The notes below the pieces were generated by a model. That model saw only the letters and a program-made list of their open reading frames with translations, searched no databases and had not been told where the DNA came from. This document shows, in pieces, positions 6,783 to 16,280 of a DNA stretch of 64,000 nt. The position numbers were made by a program, and so were the translations under genes. The DNA is from a virus, in IMG/VR virus record IMGVR_UViG_3300045988_152944; one strand, given 5' to 3'. Each line of letters starts with the position of its first letter. Position 1 is the first letter of the stretch.

Positions 6783-7358
6783 TTATTCTCCGTGTTGTTT
6801 AGTTTCCTGCATATACGCATTATTGAGCCATTTCTTTTTTTCGATGAAATCGATGGCTTCATCAATATGTAAGAAACCAATGCAATTAAAGTTACCGTCG
6901 TCGTTGATGTCGCTATGAGGAACACCTACATAGAATGGGCCAAACGCCGCGTTATGTGCGACTATAACCTTGCCAACTTTATCTTTGTTGAATTTACACA
7001 AATGATTAGTGGCAGGGTTCTTTATCAACCCCTCGGAATTAATCAACCATACCTTATCTGGACAGCATTCGCCCGTAATTCTCGAAACACCGCCGGGAGC
7101 AATATCCAACACGTTGAGGTCAGCAAGTTTTTGTTCGGCGTCCTCAGCCGTGAATACGGGAACCAATTTAATAAAATCAAATTCGAGATTCATTTTTTTG
7201 ATGACGAGGAACAAATAATCACTAAAACCGCGAACGATGAATCCTTTTTTCAATTCGTCCTCAGAATGAAGAGTGATTTCTTGGTCGATCTTTGTCCATA
7301 TTTCATCGGCCAACACCTGGCCTTCCTCAAGTCCTTCGACATATATATTGTCGTGCAT
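6783..7358 (-). CDS. hypothetical protein (191 aa)
   Basis: The start was moved to ATG 7358 (MHDNIYV), which is preceded by AAGGAG with a 7-nt spacer. The ORF-track start at 7382 would include this RBS. Confidence 0.65.
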   Translation of the reverse strand: MHDNIYVEGLEEGQVLADEIWTKIDQEITLHSEDELKKGFIVRGFSDYLFLVIKKMNLEFDFIKLVPVFTAEDAEQKLADLNVLDIAPGGVSRITGECCPDKVWLINSEGLIKNPATNHLCKFNKDKVGKVIVAHNAAFGPFYVGVPHSDINDDGNFNCIGFLHIDEAIDFIEKKKWLNNAYMQETKQHGE

Positions 7359-7371
7359 ATAACTTCTCCTT

Positions 7372-7545
7372 TTAATCGTCAATTTCTATTCTTCTATAAC
7401 CGTCTTCAATGCGAACACTAATCCAGTTCGACTCAATTTGAGTATCCGACCAAATTATTTCCTGTTCGCGAAGAAGTCGTGTCGCAAATGAGATAAAAGC
7501 CGATGAACAACCAGCTTGTCTCATAGCTTTCCTAAGTTCAATCAT
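7372..7545 (-). CDS. small hypothetical protein (57 aa), below the ORF-track cutoff
   Basis: ATG at 7545 is preceded by CAGGAG. The ORF fills the otherwise empty gap between flanking genes. Confidence 0.45.
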   Translation of the reverse strand: MIELRKAMRQAGCSSAFISFATRLLREQEIIWSDTQIESNWISVRIEDGYRRIEIDD

Positions 7546-7557
7546 AATCGTCTCCTG

Positions 7558-7845
7558 TTACTTGCGATACTTGTGTATCCCATATGTATCTGGGATGTCC
7601 AGAACTGTGATTAGTTCCGCAGTGGGGCTAAACACGAAGATTTGATTCCCGAATACCCTGAGCTCTGCGTCTATACAAGAACGAGACGCGACCTTTTGTA
7701 AATACTTACGAAATTTGGGATGCGTAAACGTGTTAGGCTTTTTACCGTTGCGATATGCTCTGTCGATATACGCGACAGCGTCTTTACAATTTGAGCGTTG
7801 AACCACTCTTTCCAATCCGTGTTTTGTTGCGTTGCAATTTTCCAT
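7558..7845 (-). CDS. hypothetical protein (95 aa)
   Basis: The start was moved to ATG 7845 (MENCNAT), because the ORF-track start at 7884 lies inside or upstream of the promoter -10 box. A GAGG RBS is present. Confidence 0.6.
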   Translation of the reverse strand: MENCNATKHGLERVVQRSNCKDAVAYIDRAYRNGKKPNTFTHPKFRKYLQKVASRSCIDAELRVFGNQIFVFSPTAELITVLDIPDTYGIHKYRK

Positions 7846-7874
7846 AGTGTACCTCACTTGTTGTTTATACACTG

Positions 7875-7915
7875 ATATTAGCACACTTTTGGAAAATTGT
7901 CAACACGTAATGACA
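7875..7915 (-). promoter_or_regulatory. sigma70-type promoter (TTGACA-17-TAATAT)
   Basis: Minus strand reads TGTCATTACGTGTTGACAATTTTCCAAAAGTGTGCTAATAT. Confidence 0.75.
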
Positions 7916-7925
7916 AAAAACTTTT

Positions 7926-8567
7926 TTAAATTTCATCTAGCGATGAAACCAGTCCGTGGATGATACCTAACTCTATAGCATCTTTTGCCCAAATAAACCA
8001 TTCTGTGCTTCTTTTTTTATTATATGTCTTCTCTGGAATAGTGGTTCTCTCAAGGACATATTTTTTCAGCAATTCTACACATCGAGTGTAGTGTTCCATT
8101 TGGCTTTTGCTTTGTTCGTAGGTTCCCGTAGCACCGCCAGAACCACTGTGAATTAAGAACTGAGCGTTGGGATACGCAAAACGTTGGCTGCCAGCGAGCA
8201 TGATATAAAACCCAGCCGACATTGCTACGCCTACGTTGTAAGTGTACACCGGAGTCTTACTCAGCAACAGAGTGTCAATGAAGTGCAAGCAAGAGTCCAG
8301 ACTTCCACCATAAGAATTAACTAAAACCTTAATAGGTTTGCGTTCTTCGATTGGTATGTCTTTATCTTGGCGATTCCAACGAATGATTCGACGAGAATAC
8401 TCAATAAGAGTGTCGTCGATATCGAAATCGATATAAATAATACGATCGTTGAGATCGAGATAGGTTTCGTATTCGTTCAAATTAGGAAGGGGACTTACTT
8501 GTCCCAGTTTCCCCAATTCAATCGTAAGGTCATCAAGATTCATAAACTCTTCACACTTGTTGGTCAT
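7926..8567 (-). CDS. ClpP-family (S14) serine protease-like protein
   Basis: The 213-aa product has a GVAMSAG Ser motif and a FLIHSGSGG His motif, spaced as in ClpP. Confidence 0.75.
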   Translation of the reverse strand: MTNKCEEFMNLDDLTIELGKLGQVSPLPNLNEYETYLDLNDRIIYIDFDIDDTLIEYSRRIIRWNRQDKDIPIEERKPIKVLVNSYGGSLDSCLHFIDTLLLSKTPVYTYNVGVAMSAGFYIMLAGSQRFAYPNAQFLIHSGSGGATGTYEQSKSQMEHYTRCVELLKKYVLERTTIPEKTYNKKRSTEWFIWAKDAIELGIIHGLVSSLDEI

Positions 8568-10893
8568 CTAAATACTCCTTTGGTTTTGTCGCTTCTTGTA
8601 AGAGCTCGCATAGCCAGGTTTGTTTTGTTTTCACTCGACTAATTCTGACTGCTTGTTGTAAAATTTTCTTCTGTCCAACTAAAACGCAATATTTACGAGC
8701 TCGAGTAATCATTGTGTACAGCAATTCTTTGGACATTAGGGCGTATGACGAACTGTCGATAGCTCCAATTACATACGGGGATGAGTCGCCCTGTTTTTTA
8801 TGCACGGTGATAGCATATCCTAAAGAAAGGTTGTTATAATCCTCTGCTCCCAAAACAATATCACCTTGCTCTGTCAAATTGACAATCATAAAATCAGGTC
8901 CAATTTGTTTAATATAACCTACATTCCCATTATAGATAGGTTCTTTGTTGCCTTCTATATTGATGGTCTTGTAGTTGTTTTTCATAATGATGATTCGATC
9001 ATTAGGACGGTACGTATAACTGTATTTATAGTTCCCGTCGGTATATGGTACTGTTATTTCATCAACACTGGGTGTACCGTTGACAATCTCTTGAATGGCT
9101 AGGTTTAACGCTCTACAGCTGGCTTCGCCACGACTACGCATCGGAACTAACACCTGGATGTCATTTGCTGGAACGTGTTGGTTAATATAAAGTTCCTTAA
9201 ACTCGTCAATAATTTTTGATTGTGTCAAAGCGCTATCAATATAAGTAACGAGTTTAAAATCTTTACGAACTCCACGATATTCAACACCACTGGTTTTCGG
9301 CCCCACAATTTGTTCTCCACATGCAACCTTAAGTGATTGTGTGATAATGCCGCTATCTGCCTGTTGTCGTTGTATTTTTGTTAACTGGACAGTTGGCATC
9401 GTGTGTGATTTAATTGTGTCAGTGAGAACACTGGCTAACCCAATTGCTTCAAGCTGTTTGGTATCACCAATAAATAACACTTTGGCGCCGGTGGGGATTG
9501 CTTGTAACAAAGAAAGGGTAATTTCCCCACCCCACATTGATACTTCGTCGCCGATAATAATGTCATATGGTAATGGATTCTCTTTATTGTGGAAGAATTT
9601 ACCCGACTCTGGATCATACTTAAGCAGACGATGGATCGTCTTTCCTTCAATATGGGTTATTTCGGTCAATTTAGAGGCAGCACGACCTGATAAAGACACT
9701 TGCGCAACGCGAAAATTATGCGCTTCGAGGACGTGAGCGATACCATTAACCGCTGATGTCTTGCCGCATCCGGCCCCGCCCGTCAAAATACTGAACTGAT
9801 TGTTCAAAGTATTCCAAATCGCGGTTCGCTGTTCCTCAGTATATTCGAAGCCTTGTTCTAGTTCCACGTTTCGAATTATTGTTTCAGCTCGTTCTGGGTT
9901 AATCTCAATATGAGCTGCGCCGCGTTGAATACGAAGTATCTCATTGGCGATTTGTTGTTCAAGTTCACGATATTCCATTAACCCAACACGTTCGGTTTCT
10001 TTATCATAATACAAAACGTGATTTTTAATATTACGACGAATAAGTTCATAAATTCGCTCATCGTTTTGTGGGTCGCACACCTGGTCAATAACCACGCACA
10101 AGTCTTCGACGCTTACCCAAGAGTTGCCGTTCATCTCTGCTTGTTCTCTTAGATAATGTACCAAATAGGCGCCCATGCGTTCATCTGAATCGTGAGCAAG
10201 TCCTTGTGACATCGCTATAGCGTCTGCTTTAGCCCATCCGTAACCAGGCACTTGAATAATTAACAAATACGGATTCTTTTCGATCACTTCGACCGCCGCC
10301 TCAGGAGAACCATAAAAGTGCACCAATTTCTCAATCGCACCCTTCGTTAACCCTAAATCATAAAATCGCACAAACGCGAGACTCAAGTCTTTACTATCCT
10401 CGTACTTGTTAATCATACGTTGCGCTGTCACCGGACCAATACCTTTTATTTTCATTAAGGCTTTCGTATCGTGGTTTTGTAACAGTGCCAACGGATTATC
10501 ACAACTCTCGTATAACGCCGTAGTTTGTGTTGGAGTTAAAAAGAAAGAGAAAAATTTAAGTTGGTCATCTTTGTCAGTCAAGTCGTAATCAAGACACATC
10601 AGATCAACTTCATATTGCAACCCATATTTTGCGTCTTCGACAAGATGAGCAACCATTGTGTAAGTGTCAAGTGCGTTTAACGCAGGCATCGAACCCTTGG
10701 CAGTAAAACGCAAAGACCATTGAAAGCACTCTGGGATCTCTCCCTCTAGCACTTCCTCAATACGAAAAGCAGCAATGGTCCAACTACCGGAAGTTTGACC
10801 ATTTTTTGGATAAATAATCCTTTCAACTCGTACTTTTAATCTAACTTTATCTTCAAAAGCCGACGATACGGCCAATGCGTAATTTGCGTCCAT
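8551..10893 (-). CDS. RecD2-like SF1 DNA helicase
   Basis: The 780-aa product has Walker A (LTGGAGCGKTS), Walker B (IIGDEVSM), motif III (FIGDTKQLEAIG) and a C-terminal AITVHKKQGDS motif. An HhH-like region lies in the N-terminal part. Confidence 0.8.
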   Translation of the reverse strand: MDANYALAVSSAFEDKVRLKVRVERIIYPKNGQTSGSWTIAAFRIEEVLEGEIPECFQWSLRFTAKGSMPALNALDTYTMVAHLVEDAKYGLQYEVDLMCLDYDLTDKDDQLKFFSFFLTPTQTTALYESCDNPLALLQNHDTKALMKIKGIGPVTAQRMINKYEDSKDLSLAFVRFYDLGLTKGAIEKLVHFYGSPEAAVEVIEKNPYLLIIQVPGYGWAKADAIAMSQGLAHDSDERMGAYLVHYLREQAEMNGNSWVSVEDLCVVIDQVCDPQNDERIYELIRRNIKNHVLYYDKETERVGLMEYRELEQQIANEILRIQRGAAHIEINPERAETIIRNVELEQGFEYTEEQRTAIWNTLNNQFSILTGGAGCGKTSAVNGIAHVLEAHNFRVAQVSLSGRAASKLTEITHIEGKTIHRLLKYDPESGKFFHNKENPLPYDIIIGDEVSMWGGEITLSLLQAIPTGAKVLFIGDTKQLEAIGLASVLTDTIKSHTMPTVQLTKIQRQQADSGIITQSLKVACGEQIVGPKTSGVEYRGVRKDFKLVTYIDSALTQSKIIDEFKELYINQHVPANDIQVLVPMRSRGEASCRALNLAIQEIVNGTPSVDEITVPYTDGNYKYSYTYRPNDRIIIMKNNYKTINIEGNKEPIYNGNVGYIKQIGPDFMIVNLTEQGDIVLGAEDYNNLSLGYAITVHKKQGDSSPYVIGAIDSSSYALMSKELLYTMITRARKYCVLVGQKKILQQAVRISRVKTKQTWLCELLQEATKPKEYLDDQQV

Positions 10894-10920
10894 TACTACC
10901 TCTGCTTGTAATTTGAATTT

Positions 10921-10961
10921 ATATTAACACAAAAAACTCTTGTTGTCAACCTATTGTGACG
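10921..10961 (-). promoter_or_regulatory. sigma70-type promoter (TTGACA-17-TAATAT) upstream of the helicase gene
   Basis: Minus strand reads CGTCACAATAGGTTGACAACAAGAGTTTTTTGTGTTAATAT. Confidence 0.75.
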
Positions 10962-12525
10962 AATTCTTTGTTTTTTCACGCTCGAATTTTAATTTGGGAT
11001 ATTCGCTCGAACACGATTCAATTAAATTAACCGAATGGCGGATACCCTTATCATAATCGGTCTTTGGTAAAAACATATTTTCTTGGCGTACGCCATATAT
11101 AAGCAATTTATTACCGCGTGTAAACCAAGATTTTTCAATCATTGTTTTCTTACCCTTGGCATCCACCGTACTAATATTCTTGTTATAATGAATATAAGCC
11201 TCGGCATAAAACTTGACATCCACAACGCCCGTGGGGGTGAGTACGGTCACAATATGTTTATTATTATTAGCGCCGACCACAGTGCCAGCAATACCAACTA
11301 CATCGTATACGGGAGTTTCTTTACCGCTTTTAAGTGTTTTCATCCTAAGAGGTTTGAGTTCTTCAGGAAGGGCTTTAAAAGAACGAAGGTTATATGCGAG
11401 CGACTTCATATTTGCCAATTCGTGGCCGCTGTAATAGAAACTCATTGATGACATTTCCCACGTGCTCAGACTTCCTTGACAATATTTGTCCCACATTGAC
11501 TTAACCACATCTTCACATTCCGCACGATATAAAGCTTGACGGCCTTCGTTGGAGCTAAACCACTCCATAACGGGTGCCATAATCTCTTTGTATTTTTTCT
11601 CAAAAGTTGAGGTTTTGAATGTATATCCAGCCGGAACGGTATCGTAATCTTTACCCAACACCATTTTATTTTTGAGGTAACGCTCAAAGAATTGAACACT
11701 GTCAGGATCGACGATGGCGTAGATTTTTTTGTCTGCCTGTTTTTCGTTTTTATCAATCCACTTTTTATAGTTAAACATTCGAACGTGAGATTTATAATCC
11801 TCTGGCACGATGCCAAACTCGACGGCTTTACCCAAATGGACGGCAGTGACCTTTTCTTTAAAGGTCACTTTAGTGCGAGCATACGCTTCGAGATATGAAC
11901 GCATGATTGCCTGACGCGGACGGTTCTCAATGGCATCAAAGGAACCTGCTTTAATCAATGAAATCATTTGAACCGGCGTGAGTGTTAAATGGCTCATAAA
12001 ATCATCAAGCGAGGAATAAGGGCGGCCAGCAATGATAGCCTTAGCCCACTCTTGGTTGATGTTAGTAATAGTCGACAAACTATAAACAATAGCGTTGTGC
12101 TTAATATCGGGAATGAAGTCTAACTGTGCTAGATTAATATCAGGCAACATAATTTGCACACCGCTTTGTTGTGCGTCGCTGATAGCCTTGGCAATTTTGG
12201 GATAGTTGATGGGAACGGATTTAGTCTTTTTGATCTCGTCGGCATCGCTAATATCGTCGTCGACATCGGTTTCCCAGGGCGAAGTGATATTTTCTTCGTC
12301 GCCATAATCTTCGTCACCATTGTCTTCGAAATCGGTGGCGGAAGAACCTGCGTTCACACACAAGCAAGCACACGACCAAAAGAGAGGATTATAGCGCGTA
12401 GCAAGGTTTGCCTCTTGTACTGCTTCGATACTATAAGCAATATCGTGAGGAATAGAAAAGCTATAACCAATTTGCGGTTTAACTAAATGGTTCCAACAAT
12501 AATCAAGATACTCTTTTCTAGCCAT
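10951..12525 (-). CDS. dnaE: DNA polymerase III alpha (DnaE-type), C-terminal portion
   Basis: GYSFSIPHDIAYSIEAVQEANLATRYNPLFW matches the DnaE YxFNKSHaaAY...P.eF region. ATG at 12525 is preceded by a GGGGGAG RBS. The ORF-track start at 12558 (TTG) is an alternative. Confidence 0.75.
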   Translation of the reverse strand: MARKEYLDYCWNHLVKPQIGYSFSIPHDIAYSIEAVQEANLATRYNPLFWSCACLCVNAGSSATDFEDNGDEDYGDEENITSPWETDVDDDISDADEIKKTKSVPINYPKIAKAISDAQQSGVQIMLPDINLAQLDFIPDIKHNAIVYSLSTITNINQEWAKAIIAGRPYSSLDDFMSHLTLTPVQMISLIKAGSFDAIENRPRQAIMRSYLEAYARTKVTFKEKVTAVHLGKAVEFGIVPEDYKSHVRMFNYKKWIDKNEKQADKKIYAIVDPDSVQFFERYLKNKMVLGKDYDTVPAGYTFKTSTFEKKYKEIMAPVMEWFSSNEGRQALYRAECEDVVKSMWDKYCQGSLSTWEMSSMSFYYSGHELANMKSLAYNLRSFKALPEELKPLRMKTLKSGKETPVYDVVGIAGTVVGANNNKHIVTVLTPTGVVDVKFYAEAYIHYNKNISTVDAKGKKTMIEKSWFTRGNKLLIYGVRQENMFLPKTDYDKGIRHSVNLIESCSSEYPKLKFEREKTKNSSQ

Positions 12526-12529
12526 TTGT

Positions 12530-14917
12530 TCATTCTCCCCCTTCGTCAACTGCCTCAAAGAAACGTTTTTTCATTTTCTCAATTTTCTTTGCGTCTTTTT
12601 TCGCCACTGCTTTGCGCAACAAGTTTGCCTCGCCCAAAGTAAAATTCGCAATTTCAGGACGTTGTACTAAGCGCATCATATCTTCTTGTTCAACAGAATT
12701 GCCATATTTGGACAACAACTCTTCTTTGAGAACTTGCTGTTCTTCAGGAGTTAAACCAGCTTCATCCATTTCTTTGTACCATTCGTTGATATCGTTACGG
12801 AATCTAACATATCTGTCCAGGGGGCGCTCTTCGCCCTCTTCGCCCATTAATCTCATAACAGCGTTGGCTGCTCCAAGTTCTGCAACCGACGTAGGACGAG
12901 TACGTTTGATACAAACGGCTCCAACTTGAGTTTCGAACTGGAAGAGATTGGCGATCTTGCCATTTTGCATATCTTCCCACATTTGAGGATTTGTATAATC
13001 AAGCACATCAGGATGTAAATACTTGTTGTAAGTTGCTCTTAAAGAACCTTGCCATTGAATCTCACCCGCTTTAAGCAACAGCTCGATACATTTCATTAGT
13101 TTGGTTTGAGCATCGGTATACAAACAGTCAAACTTCAATGAACCAACCTGATCTGCCGCACGGTAATCATAGCAAGTGATACGAGTTCCATTAGGGGCAC
13201 GCATCATCCCTAAATGTTCAAGATAGCCGTGAGAGAACACATAGCAAGCTGAAGCGTGAACTCCCGCACCTGAAATTAACCCTTCTATTTTACAGACCGT
13301 TTCATAAAGATTAGGATAGGCTTTAAGCGCTTTGATAAGTTCAGGAGCGGGTTCATATCCTTTCTCTTCATCCCCATTCTCGCACTCGTCCAAAGTATAT
13401 ACGTGCCCACGAGACATTGGCACCATAGCAGACAAGGGTTGCGCCTCATCCACCGGAATTTCAAGACCGCGACAAGCTGTTAAAATTGCGGACTTTAACG
13501 ACTCTCTTTTGTAAGTTAAAGTATTTAATATACAATCATATCCGTAATGTTCACGTAACGCGTCCATTAATTCTGGGGCCTTCTCATTCGAAAAGTCCAA
13601 ATCTATGTCCATGATCGTAGCACTACTTTCTACGTTCATAAAACGCCAATAAGGAATATCATACGGTATTGGATTGGCCTGAGTTATGCCAATAAGATAG
13701 TTAATCAAGAACGACATTGCCGAACCTCTTGAAACCCCAACAAACGTAACCTCCCAAGCTATATCGACAATTTCTTTAACCAAATTCAGATAAGCGCTCA
13801 TTCGTTGGTCGAGGGCTTCGCTTACGACCTTAAGAGTGTACAGCTCAATCTCTATTCTATCCGCCTGTTCCTTACCAATGGTAAAATTTTTATCAAGAAT
13901 CCCTTGCTCTATCGAATAAAGCAAAAATCTATCTTGTGGGAATTCGCTATACGCATAAAACTTGATATTGGGGCAACTCTCATACCAATCCTTGAGCAAG
14001 TGGCGTACTTGAAATTCTGGCAATTTACGTTCGGGAACGACGATGGGGCAGCGCATATCATAGTATTCAATTTGATTATAAATTAATTGAGTATTATTAA
14101 TCGCGGTATCGACAACGTCGCTCGGAAGATAAGATAAGATTTGACGAATCTCGTCTTCGGGTTTTATATAGGTGTATTTATAGAACGCGTTAACTTCGCG
14201 GTCACTTTCTTCTTTACTGTTTAAGAACTTTTCAAAAATAGAAAGATCTTCTTTGTTAAGATAGTGAGCATCTTGTGTTACAATATAAGGTATGCCAAAA
14301 AATTCAGACAACTTTATGATATAACGGTTAACATCTTGTTGGTCATCGGAATCGGAGTCTTGCATCTCCAAAAAACAATTTCCCTCACCAAAGGTGTCTA
14401 CCATCCAATTAACCATGAAATTGATTGAATCCGAATCCCTGCGTAAAATACTCGTACCCAAACGACCACCAATACAAGCAGTTGAGGCAATCAAATGTCC
14501 TTGATTTTTACCAACAATTCTTTCAAAGTCTTGATAAAAAGTGGGTGTGCGGCGTTGCCCACGTTCCATATAGGAGCGCTCCCAGGCTTGACTGGAAAGC
14601 TCACGCAATTGCCTGTGGCCAATTTCGTCTTTCGCCAAAAGAATGAAGTGCCAATACTTATCGGCGTTTTTATATTCGTTTTCGTCTATAAGATAAATCT
14701 CGTTACCGAGGATAATCTTAAAGTCGGGATGTTCTTCACGTATTTTATCCCCACAATTTAAAGCTTCGATATGACCACTAATGACTTCATGGTCAGTGAT
14801 CGCCAAACCATTAAAACCGTATTCAATGGCTTTGTTAATCATCTCGGGAATTCGGTTAATTGAATCTCTGAGATGTAGATTACTATAGGCCGTGTGATTG
14901 TGTATAGAACAAAACAT
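12530..14917 (-). CDS. dnaE: DNA polymerase III alpha (DnaE-type), N-terminal PHP and polymerase core portion
   Basis: The 795-aa product has an N-terminal PHP motif (HNHTAYSNL...AITDHEVISGH). It ends in the middle of the DnaE fold, directly before the region encoded by the next ORF. Confidence 0.8.
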   Translation of the reverse strand: MFCSIHNHTAYSNLHLRDSINRIPEMINKAIEYGFNGLAITDHEVISGHIEALNCGDKIREEHPDFKIILGNEIYLIDENEYKNADKYWHFILLAKDEIGHRQLRELSSQAWERSYMERGQRRTPTFYQDFERIVGKNQGHLIASTACIGGRLGTSILRRDSDSINFMVNWMVDTFGEGNCFLEMQDSDSDDQQDVNRYIIKLSEFFGIPYIVTQDAHYLNKEDLSIFEKFLNSKEESDREVNAFYKYTYIKPEDEIRQILSYLPSDVVDTAINNTQLIYNQIEYYDMRCPIVVPERKLPEFQVRHLLKDWYESCPNIKFYAYSEFPQDRFLLYSIEQGILDKNFTIGKEQADRIEIELYTLKVVSEALDQRMSAYLNLVKEIVDIAWEVTFVGVSRGSAMSFLINYLIGITQANPIPYDIPYWRFMNVESSATIMDIDLDFSNEKAPELMDALREHYGYDCILNTLTYKRESLKSAILTACRGLEIPVDEAQPLSAMVPMSRGHVYTLDECENGDEEKGYEPAPELIKALKAYPNLYETVCKIEGLISGAGVHASACYVFSHGYLEHLGMMRAPNGTRITCYDYRAADQVGSLKFDCLYTDAQTKLMKCIELLLKAGEIQWQGSLRATYNKYLHPDVLDYTNPQMWEDMQNGKIANLFQFETQVGAVCIKRTRPTSVAELGAANAVMRLMGEEGEERPLDRYVRFRNDINEWYKEMDEAGLTPEEQQVLKEELLSKYGNSVEQEDMMRLVQRPEIANFTLGEANLLRKAVAKKDAKKIEKMKKRFFEAVDEGGE

Positions 14918-14940
14918 ATAACTCTCCTTTCTCTCTTGTT

Positions 14941-14983
14941 ATATTACCACAAATACAGAAAGGTGTCAACTTTCACTGACACC
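14941..14983 (-). promoter_or_regulatory. sigma70-type promoter (TTGACA-17-TAATAT) within a GGTGTCA/TGACACC hairpin
   Basis: Minus strand reads GGTGTCAGTGAAAGTTGACACCTTTCTGTATTTGTGGTAATAT. Confidence 0.75.
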
Positions 14984-15529
14984 TTTTGAATATTTTTCTA
15001 CCATTTTCTCGGCCGCTCCACAGGGATAAAATTCTGTACATTTTCCACCGCGATAGACACAGTTGGGAACGAGCAGTCCTTTGAATTCGGGGTTGAGTAT
15101 TTCCACCTGACGGCAAATTTCGGCAACCACAGCACGCGTCTCAGGACTTGCTTGATTACATAAACGCTTATGGGCAATCGTCATGAGCTCCTGAGCGTTC
15201 ATCTCCCAGCAAAAGTCAACCGGCGCATCTTGGGGTGCTTTACCTCGGTCGTAGTTTTGCTGACGGTCGTTACGTTGCGTCTTGACAAACGGTGTGGCGT
15301 GAACGTGCCTCACCAGGTGCCCCACAACCCAATAAGGGACATTTGTGATACGAAATACAAAATGTAATACCCTAATTGGGCTGTGTTCAGAGGCTAAAAT
15401 CCTGTGCTTCCACTCGTCAGTTGGCGGCTGTTTAGCATCTTTGCCTATTGTTACTAAAGTACATTGTTTACATAACATCCAATCTTCGTCGGTTGGATGT
15501 CTAAGAATCTCTACTTGAAAATCTGACAT
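14966..15529 (-). CDS. thyX: ThyX-like (Thy1 family) protein with a divergent signature
   Basis: EHSPIRVLHFVFRI..VPYWVVGHLVRHVHATPFVKTQR parallels the ThyX pattern HgSplEh..f.f...qlvRHRxxSxxxxSxR. Here R3 is V and both Ser are Thr. The product is only 187 aa. Confidence 0.5.
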   Translation of the reverse strand: MSDFQVEILRHPTDEDWMLCKQCTLVTIGKDAKQPPTDEWKHRILASEHSPIRVLHFVFRITNVPYWVVGHLVRHVHATPFVKTQRNDRQQNYDRGKAPQDAPVDFCWEMNAQELMTIAHKRLCNQASPETRAVVAEICRQVEILNPEFKGLLVPNCVYRGGKCTEFYPCGAAEKMVEKYSKGVSES

Positions 15530-15530
15530 T

Positions 15531-16280
15531 CTACTCCTCTATGACAAAACAATTACATTTGTGACTATGGACTGTGCAAGCATCGAGGCCTACAATACCA
15601 TCATCGATAAAGATATCAAAGCAAGAATCGTCACCAAATTCTGTCCCCTTGTTATGTAAGAAACTATGCGCCCAACTTGTGTGCCAATGACCAACTACGA
15701 CAGTTTTGTCAGGAATTCGGTATCCACGATTCCACAACTTAAACGGATTGCCCCACCTGGCACTGCGCCACTCGTCTTTGGTAGCCTGTTGTAAGTCGGT
15801 AACACCAATAGGGACCCAGGAGTGTACAAAGATATATGTGCCCAACTCGTAAAAATCGACACATTCTGCGAGGTAATCCCATAATGGTTTAACATTGGCG
15901 ACGCGATCGAATATTTGATGATAATCACCATTCGGGTCGCCGGGAATGCCAAACCAAAACGCGTCATCTTGGAGACCACACAAATTAAAAATTGTTTTTA
16001 ACGTGCCGTTGGAAATATCATTGGGATAAAAATCACGACGGCTAATGCAATCTTCAAGCAAATCTTCGTGGTTACCTCGAATAAAAATTCGACGGTCTTC
16101 AGGGATAGACATTAAGAATTCTAGCACTTCCGATGATTGCGGACCACGGTCGAGCACGTCACCACAAGAGATTAAAATGTGGTCGGGGTTGTTAATTTCG
16201 AACCCCGCCACATCCAACGCGTTCTTCATTTCGGTGTAAAACGAATGAACATCAGCAATTACGAAAAACCTCTTACTCAT
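15531..16280 (-). CDS. calcineurin-like metallophosphoesterase (lambda-phosphatase-like)
   Basis: Motifs occur in canonical order: DVH, GDVLDRGP, GNHED, VHSW, GHWH. Confidence 0.8.
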   Translation of the reverse strand: MSKRFFVIADVHSFYTEMKNALDVAGFEINNPDHILISCGDVLDRGPQSSEVLEFLMSIPEDRRIFIRGNHEDLLEDCISRRDFYPNDISNGTLKTIFNLCGLQDDAFWFGIPGDPNGDYHQIFDRVANVKPLWDYLAECVDFYELGTYIFVHSWVPIGVTDLQQATKDEWRSARWGNPFKLWNRGYRIPDKTVVVGHWHTSWAHSFLHNKGTEFGDDSCFDIFIDDGIVGLDACTVHSHKCNCFVIEE

